From the IMG/VR virus record IMGVR_UViG_3300037466_001923: a stretch of DNA of 48,809 nucleotides. One strand, written 5' to 3'. This DNA is from a virus. Position numbers and translations under genes: made by a program. Below, piece after piece: positions 40,946 through 48,809 of this stretch (position 1 is the stretch's first letter; every line of letters begins with the position of its first letter). Under the pieces are notes generated by a model. That model was not told the origin of the DNA. It searched no databases and was given only the letters and a program-made list of their open reading frames with translations.

Positions 40946-42576
40946 GCCGCGCTAGGCTCCGTGATGGTTTGCGATGCGTCCTCCCCTGACGCCCACTTGG
41001 GCAACGGGATGCCATGTTCCTTGAAGCGTGCAATTTCGATGGCGCGCTGGCCAACTTTTTCGCGCCAGTCAGCGCCGGCCAGTTCGGCCGCCTCATCTTC
41101 AAGCGTCGACAGACATGCATCCATGCCAAGGATGGCGCCCTGCTTCTCTTTAACTGGATCCACATACCCACGGCCAGGCCCCATCCACTTCGCACGTGAA
41201 TAGGCAACGCGACACTCCATGAAGCTGGGCGCCCCCGCTGGAAGCGGCAAGCTATCGACCTCCATCGCCTCCTCCAGGAACGCGCTGTAGATCGGCTGAC
41301 CAAAACCATGGGCAAAATCGCTGCGCCGACGGCCGAATGTCTTCCACGCCTCAAGCATCGCTGCGCGATAGGAGGAGTAGTTCACGTCAGACCAGTTCTG
41401 GCTGATTTGTTGTGTCGACGTTCCTGTTCCCGCTGCAACGTTACGAAGCATCGCTGCCTCGAACTCTGCAAAGTTGCTGTTGGGGCGCTGCGCCGATACG
41501 GTATTAATGCTCTCGCCAGGGAAAAGGATAGGCATCCTGGCTTCGCCCAGCGAGATCCTGCGTTCGTTATGGAAGGCGACGCGCTCCTGCTGGTACGCGT
41601 TCAGTTCCTTGCCGTCGCCCAGTGCCTCTTCCACGAGAGCCGGATCGTACGGGCTCTGGATGTAGGCGCCGAAGATTGCATTAATGATGGCCGCGTCCAG
41701 CTCGGTGCCGTCGTACTTGATCAGCATCTTGAGCCGCTGCAAAACCGGCGTCAAAATGCCGGCACCGCCACGATGCTGTGCTGCACGGTCGTGATCGTAG
41801 TCGTGCACAATGATTGGACGCCCCCAATCGGTCTCACGCGGGACGCGGTCCCAGTGCACGGCCTGCGCAGCATTGAACCAGTCACCTTGGTGCGCGCGCC
41901 GGATATGGTAGGCAACAGCGGCACCATACTCATCCACCTCGACACCACCTCGCATGACCTGCTGATCAAATCGTTGCTGCGGATTCGAAAGTCGATCCGG
42001 ATCGATGATTTGCAGCGTCGTGGCATATAGCGCGCGCCCAGGCCCAACACGTTCAGGAAGCCATAGAAGCATAGCCAACGCGTCGCCATCGACCACCTTG
42101 TGGCGGAAGGCTAGTCGCATCATCTGCGCCACTGTGAGATTTCGCTGGGCGTCGCAATAGCGTCCCGGATCGTTCGACCATGTGCGCCAGCTGGCCTCAA
42201 TGGCCTGACCGAACTCGTCAGCCCACACGTGATCAAACCCTTTAATCCCGCTATAAGACTGGAGCGCCAAGTAATCCGGCTTCGCAATCGGCCGGAAGTC
42301 GGCACCGATGACGTTGTCCAGCGTTCGGGTAACAGCTGCAGAGGCCCATCCGTCATTGCGGACCAGGTCGCGTACACGCGACACGATCCGGTCGCGGTAC
42401 ATGTTGAGTTCGCCGTCCGGCGACCACAAGTACGGACGCCATTCGGCCATGTGGCCGCCATAGACGTCGGCGGCATCGTATGGAATGTTGCCCGCGCCCA
42501 CCAGCATCGACGCACGGCTCCGCCCCTGCTCGATAGGCTTGCCCGACGCGTCGAGAATTTGAACTGGATTGTCCAT
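40942..42576 (-). CDS. Portal protein, lambda family
   Basis: 544 aa, positioned after gpW and terminase. Confidence 0.9.
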   Translation of the reverse strand: MDNPVQILDASGKPIEQGRSRASMLVGAGNIPYDAADVYGGHMAEWRPYLWSPDGELNMYRDRIVSRVRDLVRNDGWASAAVTRTLDNVIGADFRPIAKPDYLALQSYSGIKGFDHVWADEFGQAIEASWRTWSNDPGRYCDAQRNLTVAQMMRLAFRHKVVDGDALAMLLWLPERVGPGRALYATTLQIIDPDRLSNPQQRFDQQVMRGGVEVDEYGAAVAYHIRRAHQGDWFNAAQAVHWDRVPRETDWGRPIIVHDYDHDRAAQHRGGAGILTPVLQRLKMLIKYDGTELDAAIINAIFGAYIQSPYDPALVEEALGDGKELNAYQQERVAFHNERRISLGEARMPILFPGESINTVSAQRPNSNFAEFEAAMLRNVAAGTGTSTQQISQNWSDVNYSSYRAAMLEAWKTFGRRRSDFAHGFGQPIYSAFLEEAMEVDSLPLPAGAPSFMECRVAYSRAKWMGPGRGYVDPVKEKQGAILGMDACLSTLEDEAAELAGADWREKVGQRAIEIARFKEHGIPLPKWASGEDASQTITEPSAA

Positions 42577-42842
42577 CAGCGGAAGTTGAAGCGGACGGGA
42601 CGCCGCCCACGTTGAACGATGCCGAGCTGCACCTGCAACTCCTTGATCAGCGCAACCAGAGCGCCGACGTTTGCCTGCGTATAAGTGACCGACTTGGCGC
42701 CGTCACCCTGCGCATAGGAGGCCGTGACAACCTTGGCGCCTGTCGACAGATCAAGATATGCCTGTTGTGCATTGGCCAGAGCAGCCTGCAGCGCGGCCGT
42801 GGACATGCCGGCGAAGATGCTGGAACCCGGGTCAAATGCCAA
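42576..42842 (-). CDS. gpW-like head-tail joining protein
   Basis: 88 aa, between terminase and portal. ALANAQQAYLDLSTGAKVVTASY. Confidence 0.65.
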   Translation of the reverse strand: MAFDPGSSIFAGMSTAALQAALANAQQAYLDLSTGAKVVTASYAQGDGAKSVTYTQANVGALVALIKELQVQLGIVQRGRRPVRFNFR

Positions 42843-42855
42843 AACAAACTCCTAT

Positions 42856-44847
42856 CTATGCCAGGCGACTGGCGAGAGACTTCTTTACGGGCTGCGTAAT
42901 TACAGTCGGCGCCGACTGCAGGCCCGGTACCCAGGCCGGCTTTTCGTCCTCCGCGGCATCAACTTCTCCCGTCGGCAGTCCTACTTCGATTTCGACTGGG
43001 GCAGCAATGTCTTCGGCCCGTTGGTTGAGCTTCAACCCCAGATGCAGAAGGCCACACAGCGCCGCATAGCCATAGACACGGCAATCGAGCGCCTCATTGG
43101 CGCGCCCTGGCGGCAACTCCCAAACCCGGTACTTCTGACCGTTGGCAATCTTCACGATCGAGCGCTCTGACGTCAGCTGGGCGTAGTAGTTAATGTCACG
43201 ATCCGCAGGAAAGTGCATGTATCCGGGTCCCGTCTTCTCTAAATGCAGCCGGGATCGAATGGAATCCTTTGCCGCATTCACACCAACGATGACGGGACGG
43301 AACGATGCCTTGGTGCGCCGCGTCGGCTTTTTGGTCGGCCATACCGGGCTGCGTTTGCCACCGATGGCCGATTCGCCCTTGACCGCCCACACCTTGCGGC
43401 CAAGACGCGCCTTCGAAAAGTCGTACACCTTCTGGGTGTGGTGACCGCCGGAGTCCATACAAACCGCCATCGCCTCGAAGCCACGGCCATCTGCGCGGTA
43501 CCAAATCCGTTGGAGAAACGCATCGAGCCTATCCCAGGGATCAGGCGTTTCTAGATCCCCCTCGATGACTTCGTAGGCGATCGACCAGCTTTCCTCGTTT
43601 CGCCCCCACCCGATCACTTCGATCTCAAAGCGGTCATCCTGCGTATCAACCCCTACCGTGACCACAGCCACGCCGTCCGGCACCTCGGCCGGCCAGACCT
43701 CACCCCGCGCGGCCAGCCGGTCTTCCTTCAGCGCCTTGTCACCGCGATCCTCATAGGTTTCGCCGAGTACCAGGTTGATGAACGTCTGGCGAGCCAGAGG
43801 GTCATCCTTAACCTTCAGCCATTCGGCTACAAGGTTGCGCCAGGAGGCGTTCGGGAACAGGCTGTAGCCCGCCCAGATATGGAAGCCTGCATGCCCTTTG
43901 AATGGCTTCGTCGCGCGCCACTCGCCGCGCTCAACCATCTCTGGCTTATCGACCTCGTGGATTACGCAGCCGTTTTCCTTGCAAACGTAGTAGACGGTGT
44001 CGGGCAGGCCGTTGCCGTTCTCGTCCTTGTCCCACTTCATCCCGTGCGGGGTATCTGGACCACCCCACTCGATCACCTGGTACTCGCCGCAATGCGGGCA
44101 CGGTACGTAGTAGCGACGCTCGTCACTCTCAGCAAAGCTCTTCTCGATACGGCTGAAGCCCTTCACTGTCGGCGTGCTACCGAGAATGATCTTGCGGTTC
44201 CAGAAGGACTCGGTCCGCTTAATACCGAGGGCGATCTGATCGCCTTCCTTGCCGGCGCCCTGAACCGGGTAGCCATCAACCTCATCGAATGCGACGATGC
44301 GCGCCGTGATGCGGCGAAAGCCGCCCGGGCTGTTCGCGCCCACAAAGGACATCGACGCGCCATTACGAAAGACCCGCTTCAGAATCTTCTGCTTGGAGTC
44401 CTTTTTCTTGAGGTCACCGACAATCTCGGCAATCGCTGGCGTGTCGCGCAGCATCGGCTCGATTTCAGTGCTGCTGTAATCCTCTGCGTCCTCAACCCGA
44501 GGCTGGACCACAAGGATCGGCGACGGATCCTGATGGATGAAATAACCCGCGATGTGATCGAGGATTTTTGTGTAGCCAACCCGAGCCGACTTCTGGACCG
44601 TGATCATAGTCACAGTCGGGTCGGTCACAGCGTCCATGATCCCGTTTTGATACGGGAAGGCACGGAAGCGCCCCGTCTGGGCGCTCGTCTCGCGCGACAG
44701 CACGGCATATTTCGCTGCCCACTGGCTTAGCGTCAGTTTGGGGGGCGGCTGAATATTTCGCCTGCGCGCATCCAGCAGCTCGGCACGAAGCGCTTGATAA
44801 CCGTTGGCGTACCGCCGCGCGTCAGGCGGTGCGACCAACTCCATCAC
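42856..44847 (-). CDS. terL: Terminase large subunit (lambda gpA family)
   Basis: 663 aa. VQKSARVGYTK (Walker A-like), RIVAFDEVD (Walker B-like). Confidence 0.9.
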   Translation of the reverse strand: MMELVAPPDARRYANGYQALRAELLDARRRNIQPPPKLTLSQWAAKYAVLSRETSAQTGRFRAFPYQNGIMDAVTDPTVTMITVQKSARVGYTKILDHIAGYFIHQDPSPILVVQPRVEDAEDYSSTEIEPMLRDTPAIAEIVGDLKKKDSKQKILKRVFRNGASMSFVGANSPGGFRRITARIVAFDEVDGYPVQGAGKEGDQIALGIKRTESFWNRKIILGSTPTVKGFSRIEKSFAESDERRYYVPCPHCGEYQVIEWGGPDTPHGMKWDKDENGNGLPDTVYYVCKENGCVIHEVDKPEMVERGEWRATKPFKGHAGFHIWAGYSLFPNASWRNLVAEWLKVKDDPLARQTFINLVLGETYEDRGDKALKEDRLAARGEVWPAEVPDGVAVVTVGVDTQDDRFEIEVIGWGRNEESWSIAYEVIEGDLETPDPWDRLDAFLQRIWYRADGRGFEAMAVCMDSGGHHTQKVYDFSKARLGRKVWAVKGESAIGGKRSPVWPTKKPTRRTKASFRPVIVGVNAAKDSIRSRLHLEKTGPGYMHFPADRDINYYAQLTSERSIVKIANGQKYRVWELPPGRANEALDCRVYGYAALCGLLHLGLKLNQRAEDIAAPVEIEVGLPTGEVDAAEDEKPAWVPGLQSAPTVITQPVKKSLASRLA

Positions 44848-45400
44848 GGGTCAACTCCTCCAGGGCTTCAACAATGACTTCCTGCAAGGCATCCTGCACC
44901 TCCAGCACCGATTTCAGACGCTGAATCCGCGGGGCATGTTCGGCGGGAATCGCCAGCAACCGGGTTCGGACCTTGGCGTATTCCTCACCAACTGCCCGCG
45001 CGACGTCCGCAACTTCGACCACGAGGCCGGCATCACGGTCGTACTCGAGCTGCGCTTTCAGCGCTAGGTAGTTCTCCTTAACCCGTCGCGCTTCGTCAAA
45101 ATCCATGTCCGCGCCGGTCGCCACCAGAATGCGCTCGGCAGCCTGTTCAGCACTCTCACCTTCACGGATTGTTACCTGCGCATCTCGCGGGGTAACAGCG
45201 CGAGACTTGTTACCCTGCTTGTTACCTTCGGGGGCGTGGGTAACAGTTTCGCCGCCATCGCGCCGATACTTTTTCAGCATCGCATTCGACGCCTCGACAT
45301 CAACCTCATCGCCCGCAAACACAAGCCAGCCGCGCTCCTTCCACTTTGTCACCGTCTTGCGGCTGACACCGTGGAGCGCTGCGAATGCACTTTGCTTCAT
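44822..45400 (-). CDS. terS: Terminase small subunit (Nu1-like HTH)
   Basis: MKQSAFAALHGVSRKTVTKWKERGW N-terminal wHTH. Overlaps terL. Confidence 0.75.
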   Translation of the reverse strand: MKQSAFAALHGVSRKTVTKWKERGWLVFAGDEVDVEASNAMLKKYRRDGGETVTHAPEGNKQGNKSRAVTPRDAQVTIREGESAEQAAERILVATGADMDFDEARRVKENYLALKAQLEYDRDAGLVVEVADVARAVGEEYAKVRTRLLAIPAEHAPRIQRLKSVLEVQDALQEVIVEALEELTRDGVGRTA

Positions 45401-45423
45401 GAGCGATTTGTTACCTGTTACCC
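45169..45423. repeat. Seven copies of (T)TGTTACC in both orientations in and upstream of the terS 5' end
   Basis: 45169-76, 45191-98 (inverted), 45207-14, 45219-26, 45239-46 (inverted), 45408-15, 45416-22. Confidence 0.45.
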
Positions 45424-45512
45424 AGATTTGAAAACTGTGTAGCTAGAGAAATATCGCGGTGCGCAATTGCCCCCGATGCAGGAGGGTCCGGAAGGGACCC
45501 GTGCACCACACA

Positions 45513-46136
45513 TCACTTTCGAACAGTCGCGACCGCGCGAGCTAGGGCCGCCCCAAGCTCGCGTTTGAAAGATGCACCGACAACCTTTCGCGTGAGGTCG
45601 CGATACCCAAGACGCTGTCGCGCTTCATGCGCATCTTGAAACTTGATCAACAGCCTCAGCCCCGCCTTCTTACCCCGTGTTGCCTTTGTTCTCCGCCAGA
45701 CACCGTCCACATCGCCGGACTTCGTCTGGACTTTGCCGATGAAGACTCCCTTCTTTGACGCCAATCTCTTAACGGTCGTGCGCGGAAGGTTGCCGTATTG
45801 ATTGACCTTCTGATCAACGGGCTTGATCAATGCGCGCGCATTCAACTTGTTAAGCCCACCTTCTTCGTACGGAAGAAGATATGCAGCAGCGATTTCCTTG
45901 ACGTAGACCACCGCAGTTAGGCTGCTCTTAGTTGCACCCTTGATGGCAATCGAGTTCAGCGTAAAGGGAGTAGGCTTGTCCAACACCTTGACCAAGTTGT
46001 CGCGCTGAGCAGATTGAACTTGCTTGGCGACGGCATTGATCGCCTGCGCCGTCGCGTATGGCAACTGCTTGCTCGCGATGGCGTCCAAGCTCTTCTGGAG
46101 AGCCTTCACGTCAAAGCGAACAGAAATGTCGAGCAT
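45513..46136 (-). CDS. Hypothetical protein, first gene after the Q-proximal terminator (HK97 gp10-reminiscent)
   Basis: 207-aa ORF with lower GC than its neighbours; no secure family. Confidence 0.45.
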   Translation of the reverse strand: MLDISVRFDVKALQKSLDAIASKQLPYATAQAINAVAKQVQSAQRDNLVKVLDKPTPFTLNSIAIKGATKSSLTAVVYVKEIAAAYLLPYEEGGLNKLNARALIKPVDQKVNQYGNLPRTTVKRLASKKGVFIGKVQTKSGDVDGVWRRTKATRGKKAGLRLLIKFQDAHEARQRLGYRDLTRKVVGASFKRELGAALARAVATVRK

Positions 46137-46374
46137 GAGGAAATAAGAAGGCGCCCCGAAGAGCGCAAACCCAGGCGGGACCTGAGAGGAGACAGCCGGA
46201 TTTCAGCGAAACGGACAAGCCGTTGGCAGCGCGTGCCCAATTGCCCAGCCACGCTGGCACTCTTCCGCTTCGCTCAAATGGCTGCCCTCAGGATGAGAAA
46301 CCGCAGAACGCTCGCACCCAGACGCCCCAAGCCAAAAAGCAATACATCGGCAAAAACATGGCGGGCTCCAATGC

Positions 46375-46412
46375 AAAAAGCCCGCGAGGAGCTAACCTAG
46401 CGGGCTTTTTTT
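46375..46412. terminator. Bidirectional rho-independent terminator
   Basis: A5-GCCCGC..AGG-agctaa-CCT..GCGGGC-T7. Confidence 0.7.
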
Positions 46413-46464
46413 GGAGGCACCTTGCCCCCGACGTGGTCAAGACTATCGGAATGAATTTGGGACG

Positions 46465-46893
46465 TCAACACTCCGCAACGCCTTTCCCCAGAAAATTTTG
46501 CTCCGTCCTCATCAAGCCGCGACCTTTCAGGGTGGAATACAAAATCACCTTAGCGGCTTGGTATAGCTCGTGATCTCGCCCCGCAAGCCGGGGGGAACGA
46601 AAAACCATTGCGCCAGACGTTTTGTTTTTCATGTGCACTTGGATCGCAGCACGATGTTTCCAATCTACCAAGCCACTGACACAGACATCCACCTGCTCGG
46701 CTACCCTCTTTTCTGCTTCGATTCGTTCCAGTTCTCGGCGCTCGTCCTGAGTCAACCACTGCTTCCACGCCGACTGAAATCCTCGGCAAGATGGGTCGAC
46801 CCGCCCGGCCCCGAGCGCTGGCGTCCATGCCGACTGCCATGCGTACCAGACCGCGAGCAACTCTTCGATCTGCAGGCTTTCGTCTTGCGTCAT
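46465..46893 (-). CDS. Hypothetical protein in the lambda Q position (possible late antiterminator)
   Basis: 142 aa, Trp-rich N-terminus. Followed by a terminator and then the late genes. The function is positional inference only. Confidence 0.35.
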   Translation of the reverse strand: MTQDESLQIEELLAVWYAWQSAWTPALGAGRVDPSCRGFQSAWKQWLTQDERRELERIEAEKRVAEQVDVCVSGLVDWKHRAAIQVHMKNKTSGAMVFRSPRLAGRDHELYQAAKVILYSTLKGRGLMRTEQNFLGKGVAEC

Positions 46894-47123
46894 GCCTTTT
46901 CCCTCTCAAACAGATCGCAGCGGAACCCATATGTTCGCCGCTTGAATTTGCATACCCTTGCGCGCTCGCCATCAACCTCGAAAGGAGACCGGTGGGAGCA
47001 GTTCCCGCAGGCTTGATCTGCCCTGGCGCGCTCCTGCTCATGGCGAATCGCAATTTCCTCGGGAGTCATCCGGTACATGTAGCTAGGGTGAATCACCGAC
47101 GGGCCTCCAAGCACAGGCTCCAA
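46890..47123 (-). CDS. Hypothetical small protein with CxxC
   Basis: The start may be an internal Met (MYRMTPEE). ACGNCSHRSPF. Confidence 0.4.
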   Translation of the reverse strand: MEPVLGGPSVIHPSYMYRMTPEEIAIRHEQERARADQACGNCSHRSPFEVDGERARVCKFKRRTYGFRCDLFEREKA

Positions 47124-47422
47124 TGCCGCTGCGCGCCGTTGTAATCGCCCTTCAGCTCGCCTTTACCGACGATTCGCGCGGCAACGCTGTCAGTACGATC
47201 TCGTTTCGCCGAAAAGACGAGATTTGACCCAATGCTGGTGCGGGTGATCAAACCGCGCGCGACAAGCGCATCCAATGGGCCGCGCATCTCATCGACCGGA
47301 CAACGGAGCACCTTTGCCATTTGGCTACGCGTACGCGTGATGCCGACATTCCCGTTCACGAGCGCCAAGATTCGCTCCTCCATGCTGCCCACAGCGTGGG
47401 CTCCCCTCTTTCTCCCAGCCAT
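47093..47422 (-). CDS. Small winged-helix protein
   Basis: RILALVNGNVGITRTRSQMAKVLRCPVDEMRGPLDALVARGLI. Confidence 0.5.
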   Translation of the reverse strand: MAGRKRGAHAVGSMEERILALVNGNVGITRTRSQMAKVLRCPVDEMRGPLDALVARGLITRTSIGSNLVFSAKRDRTDSVAARIVGKGELKGDYNGAQRHWSLCLEARR

Positions 47423-47922
47423 CAGCGGATCTCCTTGATCACAAACCCAAGCGCAGCCATCAGATGGCGCTTAATTCGATAGCCTTCAGTTACCTTCCCT
47501 TTGACGTCCTCGATCGTCTCCTTGGCGGCACCACTCTCCAGGTAGACAAAATCGGCCACGTATCGGAGCGGCGGGCGGCGGCGGCCGTTTATCACAACCC
47601 CCGGTGCGATCTCAAAGCTCACCTGGCATCGCAGTTGGCTGATGTCGCCGCGTGCCTGCAATACCTCCAGGCCTTGATAGCGGCGAAACTCGCGCACGCT
47701 GTCAAACGTCATGCCTTTGTATTCAACGCGCCGGTTCCCGTATTTGCTGCGTTTTGCCGACGTAGCACTCGAATGTCCGCTTGGAGACGTTCCGCCGCCT
47801 TGCGCCCCCGGTGCTTTTCCACGTCTTGCAGGTACGCCACGATCCGCGGCACCGGCCACTTCGCTACCTGTCGCACTTCGCACTCGTGCCGGTACTGCCC
47901 GTCCATTCGCATTTGCCATCAC
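47422..47922 (-). CDS. DUF1064-type nuclease (resolvase-like)
   Basis: KYGNRRVEYKGMTFDSVREFRRYQGLEVL...YVADFVY...EDVKG. Confidence 0.65.
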   Translation of the reverse strand: MMANANGRAVPARVRSATGSEVAGAADRGVPARRGKAPGAQGGGTSPSGHSSATSAKRSKYGNRRVEYKGMTFDSVREFRRYQGLEVLQARGDISQLRCQVSFEIAPGVVINGRRRPPLRYVADFVYLESGAAKETIEDVKGKVTEGYRIKRHLMAALGFVIKEIR

Positions 47923-48278
47923 CGCCCCTCACCCGTTGCCAATTCCTCCTTGGGCTCGCGCGACCGAGCGGCGAGCATCCCGGCCATACCGAGGAACTGG
48001 AACGCGGCCAACGCCGTCATCCCCAGCCCCGCAAGCACAGAGATCAGGGCCAAGGTGGTCACCGTGTGATATGCCCGCATGCCAGCAGGCTGGTAGGAGG
48101 GAAACCACGTCCGATTTCCGAATAGGCCGGCGAGTACGCTCGCGACCGCTAGGAGCCACGCCCAGAACAGAAAGACGTTCATTGCCCAAGCGACCTCACC
48201 GGACGCGCCGGCCGCCAGCAGCCCGAAGCACACCGCATCCATCACGATCGCTTTCGCCCAATGCCGAATTGCCTTCAT
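47919..48278 (-). CDS. Four-TM membrane protein
   Basis: Four hydrophobic spans; 4-nt overlaps with both neighbours. Confidence 0.55.
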   Translation of the reverse strand: MKAIRHWAKAIVMDAVCFGLLAAGASGEVAWAMNVFLFWAWLLAVASVLAGLFGNRTWFPSYQPAGMRAYHTVTTLALISVLAGLGMTALAAFQFLGMAGMLAARSREPKEELATGEGR

Positions 48279-48809
48279 GCTCCCCTCCCCTGTTGGTTGC
48301 CGCCGCTCGCGATGTCGCTCACCTTGGCTGGCTTCTCACCCATGAAGTAGGCGAAAACCCGCTCGTACTCGAATTCGTTCATGCGTGACGCCGCAGCCAG
48401 CTCACGCTCAACCCATGGGCCGGGACCTGCTGCCTTGAAGACGCGGTACATGTAGCGGCGGGCGGGCTCGCCCGGGTTCTCCGCCACGCCGAGGCTGTCG
48501 CCCTTCGCTTTGATGGCCTCGTTGCTTTCCCACCAGATCGATGGCACGCCCGCAGGCTGGGGCTCCTGCCCGCCATGGGGGCCTTGCTGGGCGCGGATCG
48601 GGAAAAGCCCCGTCCAGCCCCGCAGCACGCTCTGGTCGATCACAGCGACAGGGTCGTGACCTTCATCCCGGAGACGTTCAAGCACCGTGATCGACAGCTC
48701 GGCCGCACGTTGCGTGAAAGGCGCCTTCATCTCAGCCCGATGGTCCAACCAGTCCTGCCAGGATTTCTCTGGCATCCAGTCCGGAAGGTCGACACTCACC
48801 TTGGCGCGC
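48275..48809 (-). CDS. Replication initiator, 3' part (C-terminal domain). Same gene as 1..585 in the circular molecule; about 330 aa in total.
   Basis: ORF-track protein MSVDLPDWMPEKSWQDWLDHRAEMKAPF... No stop occurs upstream across the junction. It occupies the lambda O position next to the iterons. Confidence 0.7.
   Translation of the reverse strand, partial: RAKVSVDLPDWMPEKSWQDWLDHRAEMKAPFTQRAAELSITVLERLRDEGHDPVAVIDQSVLRGWTGLFPIRAQQGPHGGQEPQPAGVPSIWWESNEAIKAKGDSLGVAENPGEPARRYMYRVFKAAGPGPWVERELAAASRMNEFEYERVFAYFMGEKPAKVSDIASGGNQQGRGA
48683..48809. repeat. Second copy of the 127-bp terminal overlap
   Basis: Identical to 1-127. Confidence 0.95.

Overview
The window is one complete, circularly closed temperate phage genome. 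Bases 1-127 are identical to 48683-48809, so the unique length is 48,682 bp. GC content is high, and a beta-proteobacterial (Burkholderia-like) host is my inference only.

Layout:
- Minus strand, early-right operon: cro-like gene, a tR1-like terminator, accessory genes (Rmf-like, ParB-like, Ser/Thr phosphatase, YbcO-type nuclease), then a replication initiator that wraps the contig junction and contains the iteron origin.
- Minus strand, continuing: DUF1064 nuclease, a possible Q-like gene, and the late operon. The late operon has a lambda-type head module (Nu1/GpA terminase, gpW, lambda portal, S49 protease, scaffold, decoration protein, E-type capsid), a Mu-type contractile tail and baseplate, a tail fibre, and then holin, GH19 endolysin and cargo genes next to attP.
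- Plus strand: CI (S24) repressor, two genes in the rex position, a PL-like promoter, small ORFs, a diversity-generating retroelement, a C5-methyltransferase, further small genes, a Lar-like gene, xis and int. attP follows and carries the 3' part of tRNA-Leu(UAA).

Most notable findings:
1. A complete DGR with two DUF1566/CLec-type variable repeats. All 13 mismatches to VR2 and 15 of 17 to VR1 fall on template adenines. It sits in the early operon rather than the tail module.
2. A 2,270-bp ISL3-family element with a perfect 8-bp target duplication. It carries a TGT/DpdA-like DNA-modification gene as a passenger and splits the PL-type operon upstream of xis/int.

Other supported signals:
- tripartite operators with near-identical PR/PL promoters
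- a -1 frameshift site in the tail chaperone
- a LexA box upstream of a small membrane peptide
- a self-contained HTH + outer-membrane-protein moron whose OMP gene lacks an in-frame start
- a lysis cassette with no recognisable spanins

All functional calls rest on motif recognition by eye. No database search was run.
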